Shown: positions 39,701 through 52,131 of the stretch, in pieces
How the letters are laid out: the number at the start of each line of letters is the position of its first letter
How positions within the stretch are numbered: position 1 is the stretch's first letter
Source: Carcharhinus amblyrhynchos
Taxonomy: Eukaryota
Length of the DNA stretch: 64,000 nucleotides
Assembly (NCBI GenBank): GCA_965287045.1
Contig: OZ336876.1
Span: 70,742,001-70,806,000 of the forward strand
Reading direction: 5' to 3'
The notes under the pieces: generated by a model
What the model saw: the letters and a program-made list of their open reading frames with translations, nothing else
Database searches by the model: none
What the model was told of the DNA's origin: nothing
Translations under genes and position numbers: made by a program

Positions 39701-42700
39701 GACAGATTTAATAAGTTTATCCACTTTTAATGTACATTTATGTCTACTTTTAACATTCCCAAATGGCACCTCACCTCTCTCAAAGAGCACCTTACCAGTG
39801 GAAAAGAGCACTTTACTTCTCCCAAAAGACACCTCACTTCTCGCAAAGGTGCCCCAGCACCATATCCAAAAAGATATGGATAGTCATCAAATCAAATATT
39901 TTGTGCTAAGTTCAGCATAAACCTTGACTGAAATGGACAATAGATATCTGCGCAAAGTCAAATAACAAAAAGACTGTGAAAAAAATTGTCCCTTTAAAAG
40001 GATAATGAATGTGTGTTGTCAAATTCCAATTAAAACAAAGCGAAACCAAATTAACCAGTTATGAAATTAAACAGACAGGATCTGAGATATTGATAATTTA
40101 GGAGATTGTAATGTCTCTAATAGACTAGCTAATTTATATACTGAATGCTCCCAAGGGAAAATGTGAAAGAATTACTATCAAAGAGGAACTATTGGGCAAC
40201 TTTGCTACTTCAGTGACCTGATCAGTCATTTGAAGTTCTAAAGTCTATTTTGTGTTGTTAAAGTACTGTATAATTTTTCTTCTTAAAATAAACTCTCTTT
40301 TAATTTACTACCAAGAGTTCATTTTTGCCTTATGGTTATATTTTGTTTGAACAAAACATTTACTGCATTTATTTAGTTAATTTGAAGTCAGATAACTGCA
40401 CAATTAAGAAGTTAAATGAAATATTCCATGTGAAAAAAACCTATACCAAATCATTAGCTGCTTTTCTGACATCCAGTCTGAATTTTAAAATTAAAAATTA
40501 GGAAAGCCAAAGACATCATCTATAACTCCCACCCAAAACACTTCTTCTCCCTCACCACAGACTCCCTCTCCCATTGGAGCAGAACCATAATTTTTGTAAC
40601 CGATATAGCCATCACCTGGACTTCTGTCCCCATAATCCTTTCCATCACAACAATAACCCACTTCCCCCTCCGTAACATGACTTATTTCCTGCTCCCTAAG
40701 CTCCCCTAGAGCTAAAATTCTCCTCCATGTTTTTGTTCTTGCTATTTTGGACTGTTCCATTACTCTCCTGGTTGCCTACAGCAGCTTGTTCACAAATGCC
40801 TCAAATTAAAGTTTGGATTTGGGTTCAAGAGAACCATAGCCTTGCCCCTCACTGCATAATTTCTTCCAGCTTGGTGAACCTTCAACAACTCTTATGTTTC
40901 TTCCACTTTTGCCTCAGATTTGCCCCATTCTTCTTTTCCTTCCATTGGTGCCCATGCTCTCAGTTGTCTCAGCCCTCAGCTTTGGATTTCTCTCAGTAAA
41001 CTTGTCCATTTTTCACCTCCTTTGAGATGCTCCTTAAAGCCTATACCTTTGACCAAGTTTTTAACTCTCTTGTCCGAATTTGTTCTGTTTCAGGGAAAAT
41101 TTTTGCTGAATTACACCCCCATGAAGCTTATTGGCATTTTTCCTACTTAAAAGATGTTACTTAAATGCAAACTGTTTATAAATAACTTTATTCTTGAAAG
41201 ATGTGTCCAAAAGATTATTATGCATACCTGGTTTTCAATAGGTAAAACACAATCAGCATGCTCAGTCAACTCTTTCATGGCCAGTACACTGTTGTAGGGT
41301 GAAGTGATTACATCATCCTCAGCAGAAGGGTAGATAGAAGTAACAAATCTGTAGACTTCTGGAAACTCATCCTCTAAAAGGCTCAGCACAAAGGTACCCA
41401 GCCCAGAACCAGTCCCTAAGAAACAATTTTATATCTCAAATTAGATAACATTTCTGTCACAATGCTCAAAACAAAATATCCAAGATGCAAAAGGGGAAAT
41501 AGGTGGATAACGGTGGTATATATTTGCAGATAGATTGGGAGACAAAAAATAGAGATTAGAGATAAAAGGAATATTTTCTAGTTGGATTCAAGCTGGGGCT
41601 TCAACATTTCTTCATATACATCAATGACTCGAATGAGAAAGGGCGTTATGGATCCAATTCTTCAGCTGAAAAATTATGTGGATGAGACTAAGAATTTACA
41701 AAGGGTCATAGACAATGAGTAGGGAAAAATATGGCAGATGCAATTTAATGTGGGAGATTGAGAGGTCATCCACTTTGGGCCTAAACAAGGCAAATCTGAA
41801 TATTTCCCTAACGGTGAAAGTTCAGGGGTTAGGGAAGAGCAAAGAGATTTGGATGCCCATGTACATAAATCATTAAAGGAAGTGCAAATGTACAAAATGC
41901 AATCAAAAAGGCTAGTATAATGCTATATTTTGTCTCAGGGGTTTCAATACAAAGTTAGGTGATGCTTTAGAGATACAGAACCTTGCTGAGTTGCCATCTG
42001 GAGAACTGAATTCAGTTTTTGATACTGCACCTCAGGAAAGCAAATTGGGAAAGACACAGGGTCACCAGGCTCAAAGGGCTCAGTCATGAGCACAGTAACA
42101 TACATGATTTGAAATCCTTTGAGTTTAGAAGGATGAGGGGTGATTTCATCAAAATATTTAAAATGCTAAAAGGGTTCAATAGGTTCGATTCAAGTAAATT
42201 ATTTTCTTTGGTGCAATTCAGAGCAAAAAAGGAGCATATTGAAATTAGAGATAAGCCATTCAAGCATGAAATCGAGAAGAAATTTTTCACACAAAGGGTG
42301 GTGAAAATGTGGAATTTGTTCCCCCATATGGCTGTGAATTCTGCATTAATTGATATTTCCAATATGAAAATAGATACATTTTTTGACAAGAAATGATATC
42401 AATGGGTGGGAGTGAGGGTAAATTAATGAAATCAGAGTTACAGGTTAGCCATGATCTAACTGAATGGTGGCACAGGTCCGAGGGCTGAATAGAGTATTCT
42501 TGTTCCTATCTCACCAGTAGATGCTTGTATCTGATGTGTGTAAAGACACTCATTCAACTATACATTCAGAGCAAAGAACAGTGGCCTACTGGTAATGTCA
42601 CTGGGCTAGTAATTTGGAGGCCCTGGCAAATGTCCTGGGGATATCGGTTGGTGAAATTTATATTCAATTAAAAAATCTGGAATTGAAAGCTGGTCTCAGT

Positions 42701-45700
42701 AATGGTGACCATGAAACTGTAATCAATTATCATAAAAACCCATCTGTTCACTATTGCCATATCAGGAAAAAAATCTGCTGTCTTTACCTGGTCTTGCCTA
42801 AATGAGATTCCAGACCCATAAAAATGGTGAAGCAAATCATTCAGTTCAAGGGATGGGCAACAAATGTTGACCTCGATAACGATACCGACAACACTCTACC
42901 CACTTGATTTCTTCACTAAGTTCAGATATTAAAACTTAGTAACTTATTTCTACTTATAATCAATTTAAGATAGGAATAGGCAATGCGCTAAAGGCTTTGT
43001 AAAGAGTTACTACTCACCTCCACCCATTGAGTGGATTAAAAAAAAACATTGTAGGGAATCACAGTGTTCAGCTGTTTTTCGGAATACATCGAGAATTTGG
43101 TCACGGTATTGACAACCATACTGTTTATGTCCAACAGCCCTGTGGGAAAAAAAGAATCAGAAAGTATACATGAACTGCCAGAATTGTGCACATCAATAAA
43201 ACACAGGTCAGAATGTTATGCTCCCCACTGGCAAGTTCTGATGGAGGGGCAGGAAATTGCATGGATGGGCATACCTCCAGAGAATGCAGTGGCTTAGATA
43301 GGCACTATGATTTTTTCTTGTGACTATCTGGACAAGTGATTTAAGTCAAGATTGTTAATTTAATTCATATTGTTTCTTGACCAATAATTTAGATTCCTAT
43401 ATATTTTAAGGTTATATCTGTTTCTTTTTGACTTATTTTTTGTTGCCAAGAGAAAATACAATGCTTGGTTTTCAAAGTCTACCTGTTTATGAAATATCTG
43501 ACCATTAAATTTTGAGGTCAACATTAAATGCAACAAAAATGTTTGTAACAAGTCTGTAATACTGAACTACTGATATTAGTTTGTTTTCCCTAAGTTACTG
43601 AAATACCCCCGATCATATAAAACGTTGACAATGGGAAAATAAATAATCAGTTAGTACTTGATAAATATATCAAAACCATAAAATACAATCCTTTTTTCTG
43701 CCTAAATACAAATTCAAATAAAGTACCATCAGTAAACTTTGACAGATCTGGCAGTAACAGCAGATAAGTCATGTTCAGCCTTAATGTGAATGCAAATTTC
43801 ATGCAAATATTGGAAATCAGAAATTAAAACAGAAAATATCACTAATGCATAGTAGGTCTGCTTGCAACTGTGGAAACAAACAGAACTGATATTTCAGGCT
43901 GGCGATCTATAACGTTATCAACCATTTATCCTGTTTCACTCTTCATAGATGCTGTTAGACCTGCTGTATGGTTCCAGCATTTTCTGTTTTTAGTTTAGTC
44001 AGTTTCAACATTGAGGCAAGGTGAGAGGCAATTTAAAACAGTAAGCAAGTCAGAAAGGTTTATAGATGCTGTGCTAAAGTTTTATTTAGTGAGGCTCAAA
44101 CCAAACTGACCATTACAATTTTGGCCCCCATTTCTCATTAGGTGTGTGCATAGGGAGATTATAAAGAACAAGAACAAAAATGAACATGCGTAAAAACCAC
44201 AAGCTATAAGTAAAAATTAGACAAGATCTAGACAAGAGAAAACATTGAGAGGGAGAACCTCATTAAAGTGCATAATTATTAAATAATGCACATAAAATGA
44301 ACTAGAATATTTTAATACTATTTTATACTAGATCAGGAAAAAAACACAGAAATATATGAATTAGGTAAAATCTAAATTTAATAGAAATATTCAAAAAATT
44401 CCTACTCAAAGAGTTTACCACATAATTATTTCAGTCAAAAACATGAGGAACATGGAAAATGTAATTTGATGTTAGGCAAGGAGAGATGGTATCGGACACA
44501 TTGAATAACTGTTATCGAGATATTTTCTTATATTTGCAAATCTTACCAATTATTACCAGAACCAGATACATCTGTTATAAGTTGTTTACTGTCAAAAACA
44601 TCCCTTAGTGGACCCTGGAGTAGTTCATTAACAACACCTTCTTCCATATCAATGAGTACTGCCTAGAAGACAAGAAAATATATTTACAGGAAATTCCATT
44701 TCCACACATATTTTTAATTAAGCTATTCAGATCCAACTTTTTGTTAATTTATTCATGGGACATGAGGATTGCTGGCTGGCCAGCATTTATTCCCCATTCC
44801 TAGTTGCCCTTGTTCAGAGGGCAGTTGAGAGTCAACCACATTGCTGTACTTCTGGAGTCGCATGTAAGCCAAACCAGGTAAGGACAGCAGACTTCCTTCT
44901 CTAAAGGACATCAGTGAACCAGATGGGTTTTTCTGACAACCGACAATGATTTCATTGTCATCAGTAGGTTCTGCTGTGGAGGGATTCGAACCTGGGTCCC
45001 CAGAACATGAAATGAGTTTCTGGTTTAATAGTAAAGTGATAATACTACCAGGCCATCACCTGCCCTATGATCTGATGATGTTAAACCATTGCAAAGGGTA
45101 AGGTAAAATTTAAATTGCAAAATAACAACTACTACCAGTTCAAAATAGGATCATTAACAGAACCTCTACAAGTGTCTATTCATTGCATCCTACTCTCCAC
45201 TGCAGAAAAATTCCTTCACAAGATTAATCATACGTCCAGAAATACTTACAGTATAATAAGAAATTTAGTCTTTAGCTTCCAAGTTAAATTACTGATATAA
45301 TTATTTACCCGAGCTTTAAGAGATCTAATTGTTCCTTTGGAAAGATTTATATCGTCTCCGTTGGTAGATCTGCAAAATATAATGAATTGCTTTCGAATAA
45401 GTCACCCTGAAGAAAAGTAAACAAGAGGGCAAAAAAATTTACGATGTGATTTTTAAAAATTCATTTTGATGTGGGCATCGCTGGCTAAGCCAGCATTTAT
45501 TGCCCATCACTCGTTGGTAGTGAGCTGCCTTCTTGAACAGCTGCAGTCCCTAAGGTGCAACCATTTCAGAGAGCATTTAAGAATCAAATGTGGATCTGCA
45601 GGACAGACAAGGACATTAGTGAACCAAATGAGTGACAGCCAACAATGGTTTCAATAGTCATCATTAGACATTTTAAATTCCAGGTTTTTTTTTACACATA

Positions 45701-48700
45701 AAATTCAAAATCCATGGTAGGATTTGACCCCAAGTTCCCAGAACATTAGCCTGGGTCTTTGGATCACCATTCCAACGATACTACCACTGTGTCACCCCCT
45801 CTCTTTTATACAGCCCTTGGTCAGTACGATTTGAAGTTTATTTTAAATCTCCAAGGCAAGAAAATGTTGTGGACTTCGTAATATTTTTAGTTTGAAGAGT
45901 TTTATTTAAAATTAAATTGCTTACCTTGTATCCACATTTCTAAAGAAGTTACTGAGTGCTTCATCATAGATTCCTTTCTAAATGAGAAACAAAATTAGTC
46001 ATTTTTCTACTGAAAACATTTCACAATGATACTGGCAGCAAAGTCCAACATATTTATTATAAGATCTATCCAACTCCTTCTTCGGAGTACTGAAAATAGT
46101 CAACAAACCTTGATCAATAAAGACCATTTATATTAAAGTAGAGGTAGCAAGGTCAGGGAGAATATAATGCCTGATTTGTTCAAAAACAATCAAGGATAGA
46201 ACAAATATTTAATTTATCAACTTACAACCTACCAAATCATGCTAGCACTTCAAAGCTTCCATTATTTGAATAAACTATCTTGTTTGCCAATATTTTCTCC
46301 CTCCTCTTTGAAAGTTTCAGGTCATATTTGGGTACAGTCCCCCTGGGTTCCAGGTACCCTGATACATCACCCAAGTGATGAGGAAGCTTATTTCAATTTC
46401 TAAACTTAGTAAATCACAAGTATTCCTCATTATTTACCTTATTCACATTTGCATGTTCCCGTAAAACCATGTCCCAAAATCTGCAGCCAACTTGATTGCC
46501 ACATTGGCCAACTAAAAAGAATGAAAACATAAGCTTACCAATTGAAAAAATATAATACACCAATAAGAAGTTTTATTTTGATCCCCATAGCAATCAATGT
46601 TATGGGACCTATTCTGAAGGATGAGTGGGGAGGGAGAGAAGGAAAGAGAAAAGATCAACTGGTTCCTTAGATTCTGTCAAGTAACAGACATTACTTTCAA
46701 CTGACTTTTATGTCTATATTACTATAATTAATAAGATTGACCAAAATTGTAATGCTCAGATTCTTCAACTTCAAGATCTATCCAAGGACAGGTACTGTTA
46801 GCAACTGCATCTAATGCTACATATAGAAGTCTGGTGATAAAACTCTCAGCTTCACTGGCATGTGACAAGACATTATCCAAATGAGAAATAGCTTTAGAAT
46901 ATAAAAAATAAGCCAACATCTACCCAGTTAAACTTATACTATACCATTGGTCACGTGCCAGTGTTGTCCAAACAAATAAATAAATAGCAATATACTTCAG
47001 GGTTTACTGATTACTAGTGATGATCTTTTCATTGTCGATGGAGAGGGGAGAGGTTCCAGAGGATTGCGGATGTGGTTCCTATTTTCAAGAAAGGGAACAG
47101 GGATGGCCCGGGAAATTACCGACCGGTGAGTCTGACCTCAGTGGTTGGTAAGTTGATGGAGAGGATTCTGAGGGACAAGATTTATGAGCATTTAGAGAAG
47201 TTTAGAATGATCAGGAATAGTAAGCACGGCTTTGTCAAGGGCAGGACGTGCCTTACGAACCTAGTTGAGTTCTTTGAAAATGTGACTGAACGCATTGACG
47301 AAGGAAGAGCAGTGGACGTGGTTTACATGGACTTCAGCAAGGCGTTTGATAAGGTCCTCCATGCAAGACTTCTTGAGAAGGTGAGAGGGCATGGGATCCA
47401 AGGGGCTTTGGCCTTGTGGATCCAGAACTGGCTTGCCTGCAGAAGGCAGAGAGTGGTTGTGGATGGGTCTTTTTCCTGCTTGGAGGTCAGTCACCAGTGG
47501 AATGCCCCAGGGATCTGTTCTAGGACTCTTGCTGCTTGTCATTTTCATAAATGACCTAGATGAGGAAGTGGAGGGATGGGTTAGTAAGTTCGCCGACGAT
47601 ACAAAGGTTGGTGGTGTTGTGGATAGTCTGGGGGGATGTTGCAGCGTGACATAGATAGGATGCAAGACTGGGCGGAGAAGTGGCAGATGGACTTCAACGC
47701 AGATAAATGTGTAGTGGTCCATTTTGGTAGGACAAACAGGATACAAGAGTACAATATCAAGGGTAGGAGTCTTAGCTGGGTTGAAGCGCAGAAGGATCTT
47801 GAGGTCCGGGTCCATAGGACTCTCAAATCGGCCTTGCAGGTGGAGGATGTGGTCAAGAAGGCGTATGATGTAGTGGCCTTCATTAATAGAGGGATTGAGT
47901 TTAGGAGTCGGGAGGTAATGCTGCAACTTTATAGGACCCTTGTCAGACCCCACTTGGAGTACTGTGCGCAGTTCTGGTCGCCTCACTACAGGAAGGATGT
48001 GGAAGCTATTGAGAGGATACAGAGGAGATTTACAAGGATGTTGCCTGGATTGGGAGGCATGCCTTATGAAGATAGGTTGAGGGAGCTAGGTCTCTTCTCC
48101 CTGGAGAGACAAAGGTTGAGAGGCGACCTGATAGAGGTTTATAAAATGTTGAGAGGAATAGATAGGGTGGATTCTCGGAGGCAATTTCCCAGGGCTGAAA
48201 TGGTTGCCACGAGAGGACACAGGTTTAAGGTGCTGGGAAGCAAGTACAGTGGAGATGTTAGGGGAAAGTTTTTCACTCAGAGGGTGGTGAGTGAGTGGAA
48301 TCGGCTGCCATCGGTGGTGGTAGAGGCAAACTCGCTGGGGTCTTTTAAAAGACTTCTGGATGAGTATATGTGATCTAATGGCATCGGAAGTTACAGATAG
48401 TTCTATGGCTTGGTAGATGTAGATGTGATTGGTGCAACTTGTGGGCCGAAGGGCCTGTTTGTGCTGTAGTGTTCTATGTTCTATAAAATGTACAGATTAT
48501 ACTTTACTTTCAGTTAAATTTTACATAGTGAAATAAGTTGTTGGAACACATACATGGGATTAAGGTAGAAATATCATAAACTTTTTGAAAATATATTTTT
48601 AAAAATAGCAATACTTAAAACAATTAATAGAGAATCTTTGACATGTCACAAATTAAAAAAAATTCAAGAGCCAGAGAGATTTTTCAGCAATAATGTTAGG

Positions 48701-51588
48701 TCAGTACAACACTAAAACCAAATTACATCTCACATAATGAAGTGTAACTTTTTCAAGGGTTTTTGCAGTGGGATTGATGGAAAACGTTAGTCAACCAACC
48801 ATCTTAACTCGGTAAGCCACTGAGAACAGATGTGTACATAAGAACATAAGAACATAAGAAATAGGAGCAGGAGTAGGCCATCTGGCCCTTCGAGCCTGCC
48901 CCGCCATTCAATAAGATCATGGCTGATCTGTCGTGGCTCAGTTCCACTTTCCCGCCCTCTCCCCATAACCCTTAATCCCCTCTCTTATCAAAAACCCATC
49001 AACCCGCTTCTTAAAAATATTTAGCGAGGCAGCCTCCACCACTTCAACGGGCAGAGAATTCCAGAGATTCACCACCCTCTGAGTGAAGAAGTTCCTCCTC
49101 AACTCCGTTCTGAACCGCCCCCCCTTTATCTTGAGGCTGTGCCCCCTAGTCCTACTGTCTTTTTTGAGCGGGAAGAGTCTTTCCACCTCTATCCTATCCA
49201 TCCCATTCATCATCTTATACGTCTCAATGAGATCTCCCCTCATTCTTCTAAACTCTAACGAGTACAAGCCTAGTTTATTCAGCCTCTCCTCATAGCTCAA
49301 CCCCCTCAACTCCGGTATCAGCCTAGTAAACCTCCTCTGCACTCCCTCCAAGGCCAAAATATCCTTGCGCAGGTGCGGCGCCCAAAACTGCACACAGTAC
49401 TCCAGCTGCGGCCTCACCAATGCCCTATACAGCTGCAGCAAGACCTCCCTACTTTTATATTCAATCCCCCTCGCTATGAAGGCCAGCATCCCATTCGCCT
49501 TCCTGACCACCTGCTGCACCTGCAGGCTGGGTTTTTGCGACTCATGCACAAGGACCCCGAGGTCCCTCTGCACCGTCGCCTGCTGCAGTTTTTCGCCCCG
49601 TAAGTAATAGTCCTTCCTACCATTCTTCCTACCAAAGTGGACCACCTCACACTTGCCAACATTAAATTCCATTTGCCATTTCCTGGCCCATTCGCCCAGC
49701 CTATCTAGATCCTTCTGCAGACTCTCCACACCCTCCGCACAATTTGCCTTTCCCCCAATCTTGGTGTCATCAGCAAATTTCGACACCCTACACTCGGTTC
49801 CCTCCTCCAGATCATCTATATAAATGGTAAATAGCTGAGGCCCCAGCACCGACCCCTGGGGCACCCCACTAGTCACCAACCGCCAATCCGAATAGCACCC
49901 ATTGACCCCCACTCTCTGCCTCCTATTTGACAACCAATCCTCTATCCACGCTAACACCCTACCCCCAACTCCATGTCCTCTGACCTTCTGCAGTAACCTC
50001 TTGTGAGGTACCTTATCAAACGCCTTCTGAAAATCCAGAAAGACCACATCCACCGGCTCTCCTCTATCCACCGCCCTAGACACATCCTCATAGAACTCCA
50101 GTAAATTTGTCAGACACGACTTCCCTTTAATGAAACCGTGTTGCGTCTGCCCTATCAAGCAATTCCCTTCAAGATGCCTCGCAATTTCCTCCTTAATGAC
50201 GGATTCTAACATTTTACCTACCACAGACGTTAAACTAACCGGCCTGTAATTCCCCGCCTTTTGCCTGGCACCCTTCTTAAACAACGGCGTAACATTAGCC
50301 GTTTTCCAATCCTCCGGCACTTCCCCGGAATCCAGCGACGTCTGGAAAATAACCACCAAGGCATCCACTATCACCTCCGCCATTTCTTTCAGAACCCTCG
50401 GATGCATTCCATCCGGTCCTGGGGACTTGTCCACAATCAGCCCCTCCAGTCTGTCGCGCACTGAGACTGGCCAAGTGCACCCATTTCCACTGCAACTGAC
50501 TCACACGCAGGTGATTACTGCACACTTTACTGACTCCCTCCCATGACAAAATACTTTTAGTATTCACAGCAATGGCATTAGAGTAAAGGTTCTGGTCAGT
50601 ACAGTGATTTCTAACTGACCGACTTAGGGATAGGCAATAAATGTCAACCTAGCCAGCAAAGCCCACACCCTTTGAATTAATAAAAACATGAACAGTATGT
50701 TTTGTCTCCATAGCTCACAAGATCTGTATCCCAATACATGAGAATAATTAATAAATAAATATAACATTAACAAAGCACCTCATGGGGGTGGAACACAGAA
50801 CCACAAACTGCAACTTCTGCATTTCTGCTTTAAATCTGCACATGCAGATTGCGGATGTTGCTAACCACCGAGGAGGGGTATTGAAAAAGAACACTGACAG
50901 TTTCACAGTCACAGCTAGTGGCAGTGAACAGCACCTTTTCAGTTGCTGGGACAATTGGTCATGTTTAGTTGGTGTCCCAGGAAAAGGGGTCCCGTGCAGA
51001 AAGATGGGGGAGAATTATCCCATCCCACCCACAGGAATCATAGTGGGGGGGGGGGGGGGTGAAGAAGACATACAATGTTCCGTTGACCTCAGGTAGGATT
51101 TCCCCATTTTTGGCGAGTATGGCCAGAAAATCACACCCAGATGCCTGGCACTGTGTTGACAGCCAACATGAAAAGGCAGAAGAATGGGGATGAGAAAAAT
51201 ATCAGCCATGATTGAATGGCAGAGCAGACTCGATGGGCCGAGTGGCCTAATTCTACTCCAATGTCACTCTACATTTAAACAATCACAGAATCCCTGCGGT
51301 GCGGGGGCGGCATTCAGTCCTTCGAAGCCGCACCCACCACAAAGTCACCCAGACCCTATGGCCCATATATTTACTCTTCTAATCCCCCTGACACTAAAGG
51401 ACAATTGAGAATGGTCAATGCACCTAACCCACACATCTCTGGCGTGTGAGAAGAAACCGGAGCACCCGGAGGAAACCCACGCAGACACGGGGAGAAAGTA
51501 AAGAAGCTGCTGTCGAAAACAAAGTGGACAGGTCAGGCAGTGAGCACTGGGCCTCCTCTTTACCTTGCACCAGCACAGACTGGGTCAT
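26879..51588 (-). CDS. TUBE1: Tubulin epsilon chain, 12 exons, 1428 nt, 475 aa
   Basis: All exons found with GT-AG and matching phases (25,74,53,61,116,122,188,173,141,141,175,159 nt); [15 protein letters not shown] start, GSGNNWAVGH, GGGTGSG tubulin signature, epsilon-type C-terminus PRLSIAI*. Confidence 0.97.
27440..27930 (+). mobile_element. Penelope-like element fragment
   Basis: [57 protein letters not shown] (RT to GIY-YIG linker). Confidence 0.75.
28315..28489 (-). CDS. TUBE1: TUBE1 exon 11
   Basis: [39 protein letters not shown]...LYKKK|gt. Confidence 0.95.
29146..29472 (-). mobile_element. Shark tRNA-derived SINE (HE1-like), near full length
   Basis: Minus-strand A box (tagcatagtgg) and B box (ggttcaattcc), SINE core and CR1-like tail. 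Confidence 0.8.
30702..30738. repeat. (CA)18 microsatellite
   Basis: Read directly from the sequence. Confidence 0.95.
30754..30894 (-). CDS. TUBE1: TUBE1 exon 10
   Basis: [46 protein letters not shown]; donor gtttga. Confidence 0.95.
31330..32200 (-). mobile_element. Old CR1 LINE fragment
   Basis: Reverse-complement similarity to the CR1 3' half (LxRVDRENCS-like and RDLG-like sequence); heavily decayed. Confidence 0.55.
33514..33654 (-). CDS. TUBE1: TUBE1 exon 9
   Basis: [46 protein letters not shown]. Confidence 0.95.
34870..35275 (+). mobile_element. CR1 LINE 3' end fragment
   Basis: [24 protein letters not shown]; 3'UTR gatcagccatgatc. Confidence 0.7.
35741..35913 (-). CDS. TUBE1: TUBE1 exon 8
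   Basis: [18 protein letters not shown]...[19 protein letters not shown]. Confidence 0.95.
36739..36795. repeat. Perfect inverted repeat, 23-bp stem with 11-nt loop
   Basis: TGGCATTTATTGCCCATCCTTAC-tgtataccttg-GTAAGGATGGGCAATAAATGCCA. Confidence 0.95.
37700..37971 (+). repeat. Perfect 136-bp tandem duplication
   Basis: 37700-37835 identical to 37836-37971. Confidence 0.95.
40490..41170 (+). mobile_element. L2-like LINE 3' fragment
   Basis: Decayed HFPLRN and [10 protein letters not shown]-like sequence; 3' end ctccttaaagcctatacctttgaccaag. Confidence 0.55.
41228..41415 (-). CDS. TUBE1: TUBE1 exon 7
   Basis: [62 protein letters not shown]. Confidence 0.96.
41490..42510 (+). mobile_element. 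Old CR1 LINE 3' fragment
   Basis: [36 protein letters not shown]. Confidence 0.75.
42580..42890 (+). mobile_element. tRNA-derived SINE (SacSINE1/DeuSINE-like)
   Basis: Same core as 62675 (aaaacccatctg..ttcact..aaatctgc..ttacctggtc). Confidence 0.55.
43018..43139 (-). CDS. TUBE1: TUBE1 exon 6
   Basis: [40 protein letters not shown]. Confidence 0.95.
44547..44662 (-). CDS. TUBE1: TUBE1 exon 5
   Basis: [38 protein letters not shown]. Confidence 0.95.
44740..45065 (-). mobile_element. tRNA-derived SINE (SacSINE1/DeuSINE-like)
   Basis: Reverse complement of the element at 62675; minus-strand B box ggttcgaatcc. Confidence 0.6.
45309..45369 (-). CDS. TUBE1: TUBE1 exon 4
   Basis: [20 protein letters not shown]; cag|...|gtaaat. 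Confidence 0.92.
45925..45977 (-). CDS. TUBE1: TUBE1 exon 3
   Basis: [17 protein letters not shown]. Confidence 0.95.
46438..46511 (-). CDS. TUBE1: TUBE1 exon 2
   Basis: [24 protein letters not shown]. Confidence 0.95.
47035..48484 (+). mobile_element. 5'-truncated CR1 LINE (RT to 3' tail), same family as 53255-56257
   Basis: [38 protein letters not shown]; tail gttctatgttctat; frameshifts. Confidence 0.93.
48836..50461 (-). mobile_element. 5'-truncated CR1 LINE with an uninterrupted 507-aa RT ORF
   Basis: ORF 48938..50461 with [27 protein letters not shown]; (cttatgtt)n tail. Confidence 0.95.
51281..51497 (-). mobile_element. Partial HE1-like SINE just inside TUBE1 intron 1
   Basis: aaaccggagcacccggaggaaacccacgcagacacggggagaa core. 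Confidence 0.7.
51564..51588 (-). CDS. TUBE1: TUBE1 exon 1 coding part
   Basis: ATG ACC CAG TCT GTG CTG GTG CAA G|gtaaag (MTQSVLVQ). Confidence 0.95.
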
Positions 51589-52120
51589 CCTGTGTCCGGT
51601 TGCTATGGTTTCCCGGGGGTTCCATTCCCCGCCGGGCTCTGCCAACTTCGCGCGCCCTTCCCTGCGCGGAGACGTCGCTTGCGTCTGACGTCAGGTTGCC
51701 GAGGAGACAGCGTGGCTTTGGGGGCGCGGTCTGGAGTGTGACGTCGTCGCTCTGCTGGCGAGGGAGTATGAGCCTAGAGCACGCGCGGTGTGTCTGTAGA
51801 TTCCATCCATCAGAGCGCCTTGACCCCAGGCACTTATATTCTCATTGCAATATATTGCAGCAGTTCTGTGCGAGTTCCTGCCCGCCGATTAATACTTAAG
51901 AATTGGTGCCTCTATTAAAGTGGTTCTGAATCAGGTAATGTCGAGTGTTCGTTACCATTCCACATAATGAGTTTTGCCACGGTGGCAATGATGCCATGTC
52001 TCTCTGCCTGTGTTGTTTTTTTTGTCGCCTTTCAGATAACCAGCTGTTTCTGACCGCAAGCTTTGTTTGGGTCCAAGCTGTTGTCATTCTCACGCCTGTA
52101 AAGTCGCTCGTACCACCCGA
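51589..52120. promoter_or_regulatory. CpG-rich bidirectional promoter between TUBE1 and the BSDC1-like gene, with X-box and CRE motifs
   Basis: Divergent ATGs ~530 bp apart; GTTGCTATGGTTTC 51599-51612, TGACGTCA 51686-51693, GTTGCCGAGGAGAC 51695-51708, TGACGTCG 51739-51746; many CpGs in otherwise CpG-poor DNA. Confidence 0.75.
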
Positions 52121-52131
52121 ATGGCGGAGAG
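52121..52131 (+). CDS. BSDC1-like exon 1 coding part
   Basis: ATG GCG GAG AG|gtaagt. Confidence 0.85.

Noticed and set aside
39765-39870. Degenerate ~20-bp tandem repeats (aaagagcacctcac...) resembling a CRISPR array
   Set aside because: No unique spacers, irregular units and a eukaryotic intron context; likely a minisatellite inside a TE.
47261-47986. Long antisense ORFs over LINEs (also 23222-23800 and 55287-55760)
   Set aside because: Shadow ORFs of CR1 RT coding sequence with no independent evidence.
51424-51645. ORF extending TUBE1 N-terminally (MAEPGGEW...)
   Set aside because: It starts at a non-ATG codon; the conserved start is MTQSV at 51588, and the ORF runs past the splice donor into a SINE.
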